Assembly: GCA_963835085.1 (NCBI GenBank)
Contig: CAWIED010000001.1
Span: 398,474-462,473, forward strand
Direction of reading: 5' to 3'
DNA length: 64,000 nucleotides
DNA from: an uncultured Actinomycetota bacterium
GTDB taxonomy: Bacteria; Actinomycetota; Actinomycetes; Actinomycetales; CAWJMD01
In this document: in pieces, positions 56,201 to 64,000 of the stretch
Layout: the number at the start of each line of letters is the position of its first letter
Numbering within the stretch: position 1 is the stretch's first letter
Notes under the pieces: generated by a model
Told to the model about the DNA's origin: nothing
Seen by the model: only the letters and a program-made list of their open reading frames with translations
Databases searched by the model: none
Made by a program: the position numbers and the translations under genes

Positions 56201-56574
56201 TGGGTGGACAGCCGGTGAACTTCAGCACTGGCGCCTATGACACCAACGTCTTCAACACCAACACGCTGCTGGTGCCGGTGGACGCGAGCCTGCTCGGTAT
56301 GAAGGCCGGAGCCACGACGTTCCCGATCACGTATTCCGTGCAAGTCCTCAACGGCTACTCGGCCGGTACTCAAGGCGTGCAGGACGCGACGACCGACATC
56401 CCGTTCGATGTCGCCAACCCGACGGTGAAGGTGGGCAAGCCCGTCTACGACGACGCCGACGGCACCACCGTCGACTACTCGCTGGCCGCAGGTGCCACCA
56501 CGGCGCAGGCTCTGGTGCTGCACCTGTACGGCGCCGACAGCAAGCGGGTCGAGGTGCTTACCCTCAAGCCATGA
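53278..56574 (+). CDS. Secreted S8 (subtilisin-like) serine peptidase, 1098 aa
   Basis: Signal peptide (AALAVAAAPASA). Catalytic triad motifs are GIIDTGIDYTHADF (Asp), HGTHVAGIAAG (His) and GTSMATPSAAGIAALV (Ser). It has a PA-like insert and long beta-rich C-terminal domains. Confidence 0.9.
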   Translation: MSSRHGRTRHAVLAALSVAALAVAAAPASAAPTAAPRPPAGAGTSSAVVDGPPPTAQLSSRLAAVLKGPGSHDVFVQLSGQGAEAAWKAGGTAAGKRRTAQIDATRSSVLDTAKSADRGTTQLFAVSNAVPGVGLRLDASAITQLAARADVVKISPLVPKKLDTAGSAQFSKVLAAWQNTGVTGKGVRVGIIDTGIDYTHADFGGPGTTAAYQQAKATSTGPWTPTPVVVGGYDFVGDSYDGSNVPHPDPNPLDCEGHGTHVAGIAAGRGVNADGSTFTGDYAKLNGKALYSMKIGPGMAPQASLYALRVFGCEGSTNMVIPALDWAMDPNGDGDFSDHLDIVNLSLGTDYGTADDPDSTVLNAVAAAGVLPVTAAGNAEDLTDIAGSPGNAIRSLDVASEVDPYQLRDGLKVSAPASVAGVAAGQDSSDYPWLTEPDVTGTVVQLPGANSDGCDALSAPQAATVKGKVAWLEWDDNSITRRCGSAARSDNIAAAGGLGVVLSSPVDVFSAGIAGSAQIPVFQLTKTATDQLRASAAAGTLVVTFSNSLKGSIQEIDPQIGGTLSSFSSRGGPGVTGVVKPDVAAPGDTIDSALVGGGSAGTVESGTSMATPSAAGIAALVKQRHSGWTPEQLKAAVMNTASRDVTTGQNGTGNVYPPSRVGSGGVDAWSAVTSTSLAYNADGQGGVSASFGVISAPIDGGKLVQTRKVTVQNTGASAKSYTLSYSAATRQPGVSYSISPKRVTVPGRGSAQVSVSVTVDPTKLRRTLDPTMARTQNNPMLLNAAGQHPLEARQFLASASGRLLVAVAGSSTPPLRVPLFASARAISTTSSSVVSTSTGRAIVQRGAGVSLDRTAAGRAHYQSQLSVLTLGASSPKLKPCVGVQLAGCLAVPSAAGADLRYVGAGAATSPTKVPTLWFGISTWGNWSSLNAAQAEPMVLIDTNGDGETDYTVDVGPLPGTDLLYATVYNADLNSVGGQPVNFSTGAYDTNVFNTNTLLVPVDASLLGMKAGATTFPITYSVQVLNGYSAGTQGVQDATTDIPFDVANPTVKVGKPVYDDADGTTVDYSLAAGATTAQALVLHLYGADSKRVEVLTLKP

Positions 56575-57311
56575 CGGCGTTGGCCTGGTTCGGGGCAGGG
56601 CTTGTCGTCCTCACCGCCCTGACCCTGGCCATCGCCAGCTGGGCCAGGCTCGAGTTGGGCTGGTTTCCGGCGATCGCGTTGGCGCGGGCTGTGCTCCAGC
56701 TCGGCGTCATCGCCGCTCTGCTGCACGGGATTCTGACCGTGCCGTGGACGGTGGTGGCCTTCGTGGCGCTGATGCTCACCACGGCGACGCTCACGTCGGC
56801 CAGCCGGCTCCGCGATCTCTGGCGGGGCCGGCTGGCCGCTTCCGTCGGGGTGGTGGCCGGCTCGCTGACGAGCCTGCTGCTGATCCTGGCGCTACATCTG
56901 GTGCCCTGGGAGGCCAGATACGTGGTGGCCGTGGCCGGCATCCTCGTGGGCAACGGCATGACTGCCGCGACGCTGGCCGGCCGCAACTTCCTTCGTCAGT
57001 CGCGCGCTCGCCGCGACGAGGTGGAGGCCTGGCTTGCCCTCGGCGCCACCGCACCCCGAGCCCACGACGAGGTGGGTCGCGAGGCCGTGCGGGAGTCGAT
57101 GCTGCCTTCGCTCGACCAGACCAAGGCCACCGGGCTGGTGACTTTGCCCGGGGCCTTCGTAGGAGCTCTCTTCGGCGGAGCCTCGCCTATCGTGGCCGCC
57201 CAGTTCCAGCTCGTCGTGCTCGCCGGCATCTCCCTGACCGTGGTGGTCACGGGCATCGTCGTGGTGCGGGTGGCCGGACGCACGCCCTACCTGGCGCCCG
57301 TCGAGGGCTAG
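56571..57311 (+). CDS. FetB/YbbM-family (UPF0014) ABC-type permease, no adjacent ATPase
   Basis: ARAVLQLGVIAALL, VAGILVGNGMTAATL, LALGATAPRA and TKATGLVTLPGAFVGALFGG align with remembered E. coli FetB blocks. ATGA overlap with the protease stop. Confidence 0.75.
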   Translation: MTALAWFGAGLVVLTALTLAIASWARLELGWFPAIALARAVLQLGVIAALLHGILTVPWTVVAFVALMLTTATLTSASRLRDLWRGRLAASVGVVAGSLTSLLLILALHLVPWEARYVVAVAGILVGNGMTAATLAGRNFLRQSRARRDEVEAWLALGATAPRAHDEVGREAVRESMLPSLDQTKATGLVTLPGAFVGALFGGASPIVAAQFQLVVLAGISLTVVVTGIVVVRVAGRTPYLAPVEG

Positions 57312-57371
57312 CGTTCGATGCGGCATTCGCCCTCGATCGGCACTATCCACTGCGGTCGGCGGCTGAATCGC

Positions 57372-58034
57372 TCAGTTCTGGCTGGGCAGCGCGATCGGTC
57401 CCGAGCGCGCGAGCGCGCGCAACTGAGTCACGAGATGCTGTTCGCGGCGCAAGGCCTGAATCTCGGCGAGCAGGCGCTGCTCGGTGGCGTCGATGCCGAG
57501 CAGCCGGTGCTGCTCCGCCGGGTCGAGCGGGGCTGCCAACAGCACGGCGAACGACAGTGGATCGGGCGACTCCGGCAGTTCGGGAACGGGTCGGCCCACG
57601 AGCTCGAGCAACGCGCGGAGGTGCCTGGCGGCCCGCTGGGCCAAGACCATGGTGGACGTTGCGACGTCCGACGCAGGCTGACGAGAGTCGGGCAACAGCT
57701 CCACCTCGGCCACGTCGTAGCCGGCCTCGCTGGTGTGCCGGGAATTGAGCCGAAATCGTGAGCGTCCCACCGCCGTCAGCCCGATCGTGCCCGAGGGGTG
57801 GTGCTGCAGGTGTCGGATGTGCGCCATGGTCCCCACGTCGGCCACCCGGACGGCGTCGCCGTCGCCCACTTCGTGGCCGGCCACGATCGCCACCACTCCA
57901 AAGGCCCGCTCCGCCACCGGCAGCTTTTGCAGGTCGGCCACCAGCCGCCGATAGCGCTTCTCGAAGACATTGAGCGTCAGCACCTGGCCGGGAACGAGCA
58001 GGGTGCCGAGAGGAAACAGCGGCACCCGGGTCAT
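57372..58034 (-). CDS. LON substrate-binding (N-terminal) domain protein
   Basis: MTRVPLFPLGTLLVPGQVLTLNVFEKRYRRLV is the typical LON-N opening. The start is taken at ATG 58034. Confidence 0.8.
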   Translation of the reverse strand: MTRVPLFPLGTLLVPGQVLTLNVFEKRYRRLVADLQKLPVAERAFGVVAIVAGHEVGDGDAVRVADVGTMAHIRHLQHHPSGTIGLTAVGRSRFRLNSRHTSEAGYDVAEVELLPDSRQPASDVATSTMVLAQRAARHLRALLELVGRPVPELPESPDPLSFAVLLAAPLDPAEQHRLLGIDATEQRLLAEIQALRREQHLVTQLRALARSGPIALPSQN

Positions 58035-58097
58035 CTGCACGAGGCTACAGCGGCGCTCGGGTAGGCACTGGGCCGCGTTGACACCACCCACCTAGAC

Positions 58098-59456
58098 TTG
58101 TCTGTCATGAGTGCGGACGCCCCCTCTTCCCAACTGATCCGTGTGCTCGACCTGCGGGGCTGCGCTGTCGACCGGAGCTCCCTGCGGGAGCTGATGCCCC
58201 GGGCCGAGCTCGACGTCGAGGCTGCCGTCGAAGTCATCCGGCCGCTGGTGGCGCAGGTGCGCGAGCGGGGCGAGGCCGCGTTGCTCGAACTGGCCGAACG
58301 GCTCGACGGCGTACGTCCCACCCAGGTGCGGGTGCCTGCCGAGGCCCTGACGACCGCGCTCGACAACCTCGATCCCCAGGTGCGCGCCGCGCTGGAGGAG
58401 GCGATCCGGCGCACCCGTCTGGTACACGCCGACCAGCGCCGCGTCGACACCGAGACCCAGGTCAGCCTGGGCGGCACGGTGACTGAGCGCTGGGTGCCGG
58501 TGGAGCGAGTGGGCCTGTACGTGCCGGGTGGGCTGGCCGTGTATCCGAGCTCGGTCGTGATGAACGTCGTGCCGGCGCAGACCGCGGGCGTCGAGTCACT
58601 CGCCGTCGCCTCCCCGCCCCAGCCCGATCACGACGGGCTGCCGCACCCCACGATTCTCGCGGCCTGCGCGTTGCTCGGGATCGACGAGGTCTACGCCGTC
58701 GGCGGGGCCCAGGCGGTGGCCATGTTCGCCTATGGCGTCCGCGGGGCAACCGGTGAAATCATGTGTGAACCGGTCGATCTCGTGACCGGCCCCGGCAACG
58801 TGTACGTGGCCGCGGCCAAGCGGCTGCTCAAGGGCGTGATCGGCATCGATGCCGAGGCCGGCCCCACGGAGATCGCCATCCTCGCCGACGCCACCGCCGA
58901 CCCCGTGCACGTCGCCGCCGATCTCGTGAGCCAGGCCGAGCATGACCCCAACGCGGCGTCGGTGCTGGTGACCGACTCGCAGGAGCTGAGCGAGGCCGTC
59001 CAGGCAGTCCTGATCGAGCTTGTGGCCGCAACCAAGCACACCGAGCGTGTAGGCCGGGCGCTGGCCGGGCCGCAGTCGGCCATCGTGCTCGTCGATGACC
59101 GCGAGGCGGGCCTGGCCGTGGTCAACACGTACGGGGCCGAGCACCTGGAGATCCAGACGGCCGATGCCGCCGCCGACGCCGCGCGGGTGCGCAACGCCGG
59201 TGCGGTGTTCGTGGGCGCGTATTCGCCTGTCTCCCTAGGCGACTACCTCGCGGGGTCGAATCACGTGCTGCCGACCGGGGGTTGTGCCCGGCACTCCAGC
59301 GGGCTCAGCGTGCAGTCGTTCCTGCGCGGCATCCACGTGGTCGAGTACTCCGAGTCGGCACTCGGTGAAGTGGCCGACCACGTCTACGCCCTGTCGGCCG
59401 CCGAAGACCTGCCCGCGCACGGCGACGCTGTGCGGGCCCGGTTTCCGGTTCCCTAG
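58098..59456 (+). CDS. hisD: Histidinol dehydrogenase HisD
   Basis: Conserved HisD blocks ([39 protein letters not shown]). The start is TTG 58098 or ATG 58107. Confidence 0.95.
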   Translation: MSVMSADAPSSQLIRVLDLRGCAVDRSSLRELMPRAELDVEAAVEVIRPLVAQVRERGEAALLELAERLDGVRPTQVRVPAEALTTALDNLDPQVRAALEEAIRRTRLVHADQRRVDTETQVSLGGTVTERWVPVERVGLYVPGGLAVYPSSVVMNVVPAQTAGVESLAVASPPQPDHDGLPHPTILAACALLGIDEVYAVGGAQAVAMFAYGVRGATGEIMCEPVDLVTGPGNVYVAAAKRLLKGVIGIDAEAGPTEIAILADATADPVHVAADLVSQAEHDPNAASVLVTDSQELSEAVQAVLIELVAATKHTERVGRALAGPQSAIVLVDDREAGLAVVNTYGAEHLEIQTADAAADAARVRNAGAVFVGAYSPVSLGDYLAGSNHVLPTGGCARHSSGLSVQSFLRGIHVVEYSESALGEVADHVYALSAAEDLPAHGDAVRARFPVP

Positions 59457-59465
59457 ACTGGGCCG

Positions 59466-60596
59466 GTGACCCAGCTCGACGAACTGCCGCTGCGCGACGA
59501 CCTGCGCGGCCGGTCGCCCTATGGTGCGCCCCAGCTCGACGTGGCGGTGCGGCTCAATACCAACGAGTCGTCGTACTCGCTGCCGGAGCCGGTGGTGGAG
59601 GCCGTGGTGGCGGCCGTCCGGCAATGTGCGGGTGACCTCAATCGTTACCCCGATCGCGAGTTCACCGCGCTGCGAACCGATCTCGCGAACTACCTCTCGG
59701 GCCAGACGGGCTGCGAGCTTACGCCCGAGCAGATGTGGGCGGGCAACGGCTCGAACGAGGTGCTGCAGCAGATCGTGCAGGCCTTCGCCGGCCCGGGGCG
59801 CGTCGCACTGGGGTTCACCCCCGCCTACTCCATGCACCCGCTGATCTCCACCGGCGCGGGCTCCACCTGGGTCGACGGCCACCGCGAGGCCGACTTCGAC
59901 CTCGACGCCCAGCACGTGGCCGCCCAGATTCGCGACGTCAGCCCGCACGTCGTGTTCCTCTGCTCACCCAACAACCCCACCGGCACAGCCCTGCACCTCG
60001 ACGTGGTGGAGGCCGCCTACGAGGCCACCGACGGCATCGTCGTGGTCGATGAGGCCTACGCCGAGTTCGCCCGGGCGGGAACGCCTTCGGCGGTCACGTT
60101 GCTGCCGGGCAGGCCACGGTTGATCGTCACCCGCACCATGAGCAAGGCGTTCGCTCTGGCAGGAGCCCGGCTCGGTTACCTGGCGGCCGACCCCGCCGTC
60201 ATCGATGCGCTGCGGCTGGTGCGCCTGCCCTACCACCTCTCCTCGCCCACCCAGGCCGTGGCACGCGCTGCGCTCGCGCACCATGGCGACCTGCTGGGCA
60301 CCGTCGACGCCCTCAAGCAACAGCGCGACCGCATCGTCGAGACCCTGACCGGCCTCGGTCTGCGCCCCCTGCCGAGCGACGCGAACTTCGTGTTCTTCGG
60401 CGGGCTGGCCGACGAGAAGGCCACCTGGCAAAGCCTTCTCGATGCCGGGGTCCTCGTGCGCGACGTCGGCATCCCGGGCTTTCTACGGGTCACGGCGGGA
60501 ACGCCCGACGAGACCGGCGCCTTTCTCGAGGCCCTCACCCGCCTGGTTCGCCACGTGCCGGCGGCCGACGACACCCTCCACGAGGAGAGCGCATGA
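59466..60596 (+). CDS. hisC: Histidinol-phosphate aminotransferase HisC
   Basis: LNTNES.., NRYPD and the [18 protein letters not shown]-lysine motif. Confidence 0.93.
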   Translation: MTQLDELPLRDDLRGRSPYGAPQLDVAVRLNTNESSYSLPEPVVEAVVAAVRQCAGDLNRYPDREFTALRTDLANYLSGQTGCELTPEQMWAGNGSNEVLQQIVQAFAGPGRVALGFTPAYSMHPLISTGAGSTWVDGHREADFDLDAQHVAAQIRDVSPHVVFLCSPNNPTGTALHLDVVEAAYEATDGIVVVDEAYAEFARAGTPSAVTLLPGRPRLIVTRTMSKAFALAGARLGYLAADPAVIDALRLVRLPYHLSSPTQAVARAALAHHGDLLGTVDALKQQRDRIVETLTGLGLRPLPSDANFVFFGGLADEKATWQSLLDAGVLVRDVGIPGFLRVTAGTPDETGAFLEALTRLVRHVPAADDTLHEESA

Positions 60597-61216
60597 GTTC
60601 ACCGCACCGCACCGCCACGATCGAGCGCGCCACGTCGGAGTCGAGCGTGCGGGTGGGTCTCGATCTCGACGGCACGGGCCAGGCGTCGATCAGCACCGGA
60701 GTGCCGTTCTACGACCACATGCTCACCTCGTTGTCGAAGCACTCGCTCATCGACCTGACCGTCGAGGCCCGTGGCGATACGGACGTCGACGGCCACCACA
60801 CCGTCGAAGACACCGCCATCGTGCTGGGCCAGGCGCTGAAGGCTGCCCTCGGTGACAAGCGCGGCATCTCCCGGTTCGGCGATGCGATGGTGCCGCTCGA
60901 TGAGGCGCTGGCGCAGGCCGTGGTCGACGTATCGGGGCGGCCGTACTGCGTGTGCACCGGCGAACCGGAAGGGCAGGTCTATGCCCTGATCGGCGGCGGT
61001 CGCGGCAGCGTGCCGTACGCCGGGTCGATGACCCGGCACGTCTTCGAGACGATCGCCTTCCACGCCGAGATCGCCATGCACGTAAGGGTTCTCGCAGGGC
61101 GCGATCCGCACCACCTGGTAGAGGCGCAGGTCAAGGCGCTCGCCCGGGCGCTGCGGGATGCTATCGCTCTCGACCCCCGGGTCAGTGGCGTGCCCAGCAC
61201 CAAGGGCGCGCTGTAG
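60593..61216 (+). CDS. hisB: Imidazoleglycerol-phosphate dehydratase HisB
   Basis: [29 protein letters not shown] motifs. ATGA overlap with hisC. Confidence 0.95.
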   Translation: MSSPHRTATIERATSESSVRVGLDLDGTGQASISTGVPFYDHMLTSLSKHSLIDLTVEARGDTDVDGHHTVEDTAIVLGQALKAALGDKRGISRFGDAMVPLDEALAQAVVDVSGRPYCVCTGEPEGQVYALIGGGRGSVPYAGSMTRHVFETIAFHAEIAMHVRVLAGRDPHHLVEAQVKALARALRDAIALDPRVSGVPSTKGAL

Positions 61217-61251
61217 ACGCTTTGTGCGAGGGTCCCTTGCCGAGCTACGAC

Positions 61252-61341
61252 TGTCCGGAATCCGACTCGATCGCGACGACTCGGTTCGGCTTCGTGCTCG
61301 GCCAACCAACCCGGGTCCGCACTGGCGTCGGATTCCGGACA
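61252..61341. repeat. 90-bp element with 15-bp perfect inverted arms (same family as 25612-25705)
   Basis: TGTCCGGAATCCGAC (61252-61266) and GTCGGATTCCGGACA (61327-61341). The interior shares GTGCTCRGCC and GCACTGGCG with the 25.6-kb copy. Confidence 0.85.
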
Positions 61342-61433
61342 TCGACCGCCCCTGACTCGCACGTTTCCACTGCCCGTGCCGGGCGCCCGGTGTCGGCTGG
61401 GCCGCCCCCGCGAGCGTATGCGAGGCTGACGCC

Positions 61434-61919
61434 GTGACTGCGCAACCCACCGAACCTGCACCGCGCACAGTGCTGGTGTTGCCCGGGCTACGTCCCGACG
61501 GCGTGGCCCGCATGGCCGGCCTGCTCGGAACGGGGGGACACCTCATACCCCAACCGGGTTGTCTGCTCTTGGTTCTCGATCCCGGGCCCGCAGCCGGCCC
61601 CGCCGGCTCCGACGAGGTCGACGAAACCAACGAGACCGATGAGGCCGACGCAAGCGATGAAATCGTCGCGCGACTGTCCGCGGCACTGCGCAAGGTGCAG
61701 CTGATGCGAGTCCGCCTGGTAGCCGGCTACCTCGCGATCGACGTCTGGCAGAGCGGAGCCGTCACGGCAACCCCGCCCGCCGGGGTGGTGGCCCAGCAAC
61801 TGCCCGATCCCGTGCTCGGGCTAGTGCACGGCAGCCTCGACCCGGCCACGCTGCCGACAGCGCGGCCCGTGGCATCGCGTTCTGGCACAGGCTTCTTCGG
61901 TCGTCTGCTGGGGCGCTGA
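61434..61919 (+). CDS. Hypothetical protein with acidic central stretch
   Basis: 161-aa ORF with a GTG start and moderate G/C third-position bias. No motif was recognised. Confidence 0.45.
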   Translation: MTAQPTEPAPRTVLVLPGLRPDGVARMAGLLGTGGHLIPQPGCLLLVLDPGPAAGPAGSDEVDETNETDEADASDEIVARLSAALRKVQLMRVRLVAGYLAIDVWQSGAVTATPPAGVVAQQLPDPVLGLVHGSLDPATLPTARPVASRSGTGFFGRLLGR

Positions 61920-62009
61920 CGGGTTGAGTCCGGCACGGTTCAGAGCACGGACCATCGGTGCGACGCATCGGCGCTACCGTGGAGTGAGGCAGTTGGGGAG
62001 GCACAGGCG

Positions 62010-63119
62010 ATGAAGTCGCGCGCCCGCTCGGGTGAGGACGGAGCTCTGAACCACCTGGCAACTCAGCTGGCCGACCTCGCAGGCCCGTTCACGACGTGGA
62101 TCAGCCAGACCGGCTGGGTGCCTCACCCCCCGGCACAGCTGGACGTCGGCTTCCGCGAGCTGGAACGACCGCTGCTCGTCGGCCTCGGTCTGATGCAGCG
62201 CCTGAACTCGGCAAACCCGTTGGGCTGGAGGCCCATCCAGCTCGCCGAAGCACTCGACAAGCTCACGTCCGAGCCCGGTGACCGCAGTGTGGTGGGCGCG
62301 CTGTTGCTCTACACAAGGTTCCTGGCCGACACCGGGCGCTGGCTCGCCGACCAGGCCGATCTCTCGTTCAGCCTCCGGTTGCTGGAAGCCGAGCTGGTGG
62401 CGACGGAGGCCCCGAACCGGATCGTTGCGGCGCACGAGGAGATCGCGGAGCTGGCTGAGCTGCCCGCGGTCGAGGAGGTGCGCACGCTCGCGCGTTGGGT
62501 GGGCGGCGGTAAGAGGCTGACGGCCACCGGCGCATTGCGGCTGGCCGACGTGGTCGAGGTTTCTGAGCTGTTGGGCGAGCCCGTTGCCACGAGCGCGGCC
62601 ACGGCTTCGTCGGACGAGCCCGTGGTACGCAGCATGTGGCAGGCACCCGCCCTCAGTCTGGCCTGGGTCACGGCGCATCGTGCGGGACTCCTCGACGACG
62701 TGGGCGGCCGGGTCGTCGTCACCGCGGCCGGTGCCGACCTCGCCAGTGACGACGACGAGCTGCGCCGGCAGGCGCTGCGTCAGACGGTCAGCGGCTACGT
62801 GCTCACCCTGCTCGAAGCGGTACCGGCGAACGCCGAGGAGGCCGACGACACCGTCGTGCGTCTGGTGGTGATGGCGGCGGCCCGCGCGATCACGGGTTCG
62901 CCCATCAGCCCGGCAGGTCTGCGCGAGGCGGCGACCGCCACGGCCGACCACGACGTGCTCGACGAGCTCGACGACGAGTTGAGCATCTGGGCGGCTGCGG
63001 GTCTCCTCGACGTGGGGGAGACGATCGACGTCCAACCGGGGGTTCGGCCCGCGATCGCGGCGGGACTGCTCGCGTGGGGTGTCGACCCCGACGAACTGCC
63101 GTTGCCGACTCAAGCGTGA
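62010..63119 (+). CDS. Hypothetical protein (369 aa)
   Basis: Strong G/C third-position bias throughout. The stop overlaps the downstream MFS start (GTGA). No motif was recognised. Confidence 0.6.
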   Translation: MKSRARSGEDGALNHLATQLADLAGPFTTWISQTGWVPHPPAQLDVGFRELERPLLVGLGLMQRLNSANPLGWRPIQLAEALDKLTSEPGDRSVVGALLLYTRFLADTGRWLADQADLSFSLRLLEAELVATEAPNRIVAAHEEIAELAELPAVEEVRTLARWVGGGKRLTATGALRLADVVEVSELLGEPVATSAATASSDEPVVRSMWQAPALSLAWVTAHRAGLLDDVGGRVVVTAAGADLASDDDELRRQALRQTVSGYVLTLLEAVPANAEEADDTVVRLVVMAAARAITGSPISPAGLREAATATADHDVLDELDDELSIWAAAGLLDVGETIDVQPGVRPAIAAGLLAWGVDPDELPLPTQA

Positions 63120-64000
63120 GTGCTCCTGCTGCCCGGCAGCCGTCCCGAGGCAGGTCCGTGGCCGCTGGCCCTGGAGTGCTGCTCGCCTGCGTGGTGCTTG
63201 TCTCGCTGATGTTGCGAGCCCCGATCACGAGCGTGCCGCCCGCGCTCACGGCGATCTCGGACACGCTCGGACTCACTCCGTCGATCGCAGGTCTGGCGAC
63301 CGCGCTGCCGCTGATCTGCTTCGGGGTGTTCGCGTTCCTCACGCCGCCGCTCGCTGCCCGGTTCGGCACGTTCAGCACATTGACGATCGGTCTGGCCCTG
63401 ATGATCGCGGGCCTTGTAGTGCGAGTCATGCCCAGCACGGTCGCGTTCTTCGCCGGCGTAACCCTGGTGGGAATGGGCATTGCCATCGGCAACGTGGTCA
63501 TTCCGGCCATCGTCCGGACCAGCTTCCCGCTCCGGCTCGGGCTGATGATGGGCATCTATTCGCTGGGCCTGCAGTTGGGCGGAACCAGCGGAGCGTTGAC
63601 CACCGCGCCCGCCATGACGGCACTCGGCTGGACGTGGCAGTCGGCGCTCGCTGGCTGGGTCGTGCCGGCCGTGGCCACCCTGGTGCTCTGGACGGTCGTA
63701 GCGCGTGCTCACCGACGTGAGAACCGGCTGAACCAAGCGCTTCCTGTACCCCCTACCAGTTTGGCCGCTCTGGCGCGAAGGCCGCACGTCTGGGCTGTCG
63801 GCGGCGTGATGGGACTGCAAGCACTCACGTTCTACGCCCTCCTCACCTGGTTGCCGCGGGTGTTGACCGATCAGGGCATGGCGGTGGCGGCTGCCGGACT
63901 GCTGCTGGGCCTCTTCAACGTGCTGGGCGTGCCTGGCTCGGCCTTCGGGCCGGCGGTCATCGGTGGACGCTGGGCATCGCCTGCCCTGGTCGCCACGTTC
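63116..64000 (+). CDS. MFS transporter (CynX/NimT-like), 5' part; continues beyond the window
   Basis: Not in the ORF track because no stop lies in the window. My translation from GTG 63116 gives LMLRAPITSVPPALTAISDTLGLTPSIAGLATALPLICFGVFAFLTPPLAARFG and successive TM segments. Confidence 0.7.
   Translation, partial: MSAPAARQPSRGRSVAAGPGVLLACVVLVSLMLRAPITSVPPALTAISDTLGLTPSIAGLATALPLICFGVFAFLTPPLAARFGTFSTLTIGLALMIAGLVVRVMPSTVAFFAGVTLVGMGIAIGNVVIPAIVRTSFPLRLGLMMGIYSLGLQLGGTSGALTTAPAMTALGWTWQSALAGWVVPAVATLVLWTVVARAHRRENRLNQALPVPPTSLAALARRPHVWAVGGVMGLQALTFYALLTWLPRVLTDQGMAVAAAGLLLGLFNVLGVPGSAFGPAVIGGRWASPALVATF

Overview
High-GC (about 70%) Actinomycetota chromosomal segment. All calls come from reading the sequence and ORF track and from remembered family motifs; no searches were run. 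Gene content in order:
- dinB, a DUF3040 gene, and a minus-strand transglutaminase/DUF58/MoxR trio.
- The division/cell-wall (dcw) cluster: mraZ-rsmH-ftsL-ftsI, then murE-murF-mraY-murD-ftsW-murG-murC-ftsQ, then ftsZ-pgeF-yggS-sepF-yggT-divIVA.
- A DksA-like gene, lspA and rluD; a 1-Cys peroxiredoxin; an NCS2 permease; dnaE.
- ybaK; a large S8 protease coupled to a FetB-like permease; a LON-N-domain protein.
- hisD-hisC-hisB; two unknown ORFs; a partial MFS transporter.

I found no rRNA, tRNA, cas genes, transposases, or recognisable phage or defence genes.

Unusual points:
1. The normally contiguous dcw cluster is interrupted three times. A 7.2-kb opposite-strand regulatory/redox island sits between ftsI and murE. 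A 480-bp repeat element sits between murD and ftsW. An efeUOB iron-uptake operon sits between ftsQ and ftsZ.
2. The intergenic DNA is colonised by nested hairpin-repeat families. One is a ~36-nt hairpin tandemly arrayed with a 72-74-bp period at three loci, with 10 units at 44.6-45.3 kb. Others are a 39-bp palindrome family, a ~90-bp element with 15-16-bp terminal inverted arms, and a shared ~80-nt head module. One 566-bp copy has inverted termini and an 8-bp direct duplication, so it looks like a MITE insertion into an operon junction.
3. Several division and wall genes (murE, ftsQ, divIVA) carry in-frame 15- or 27-bp tandem repeats.
4. lspA has no canonical start codon upstream of its conserved first transmembrane helix.

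No clear multi-gene novel system could be supported. The repeat/MITE architecture is the most distinctive signal.
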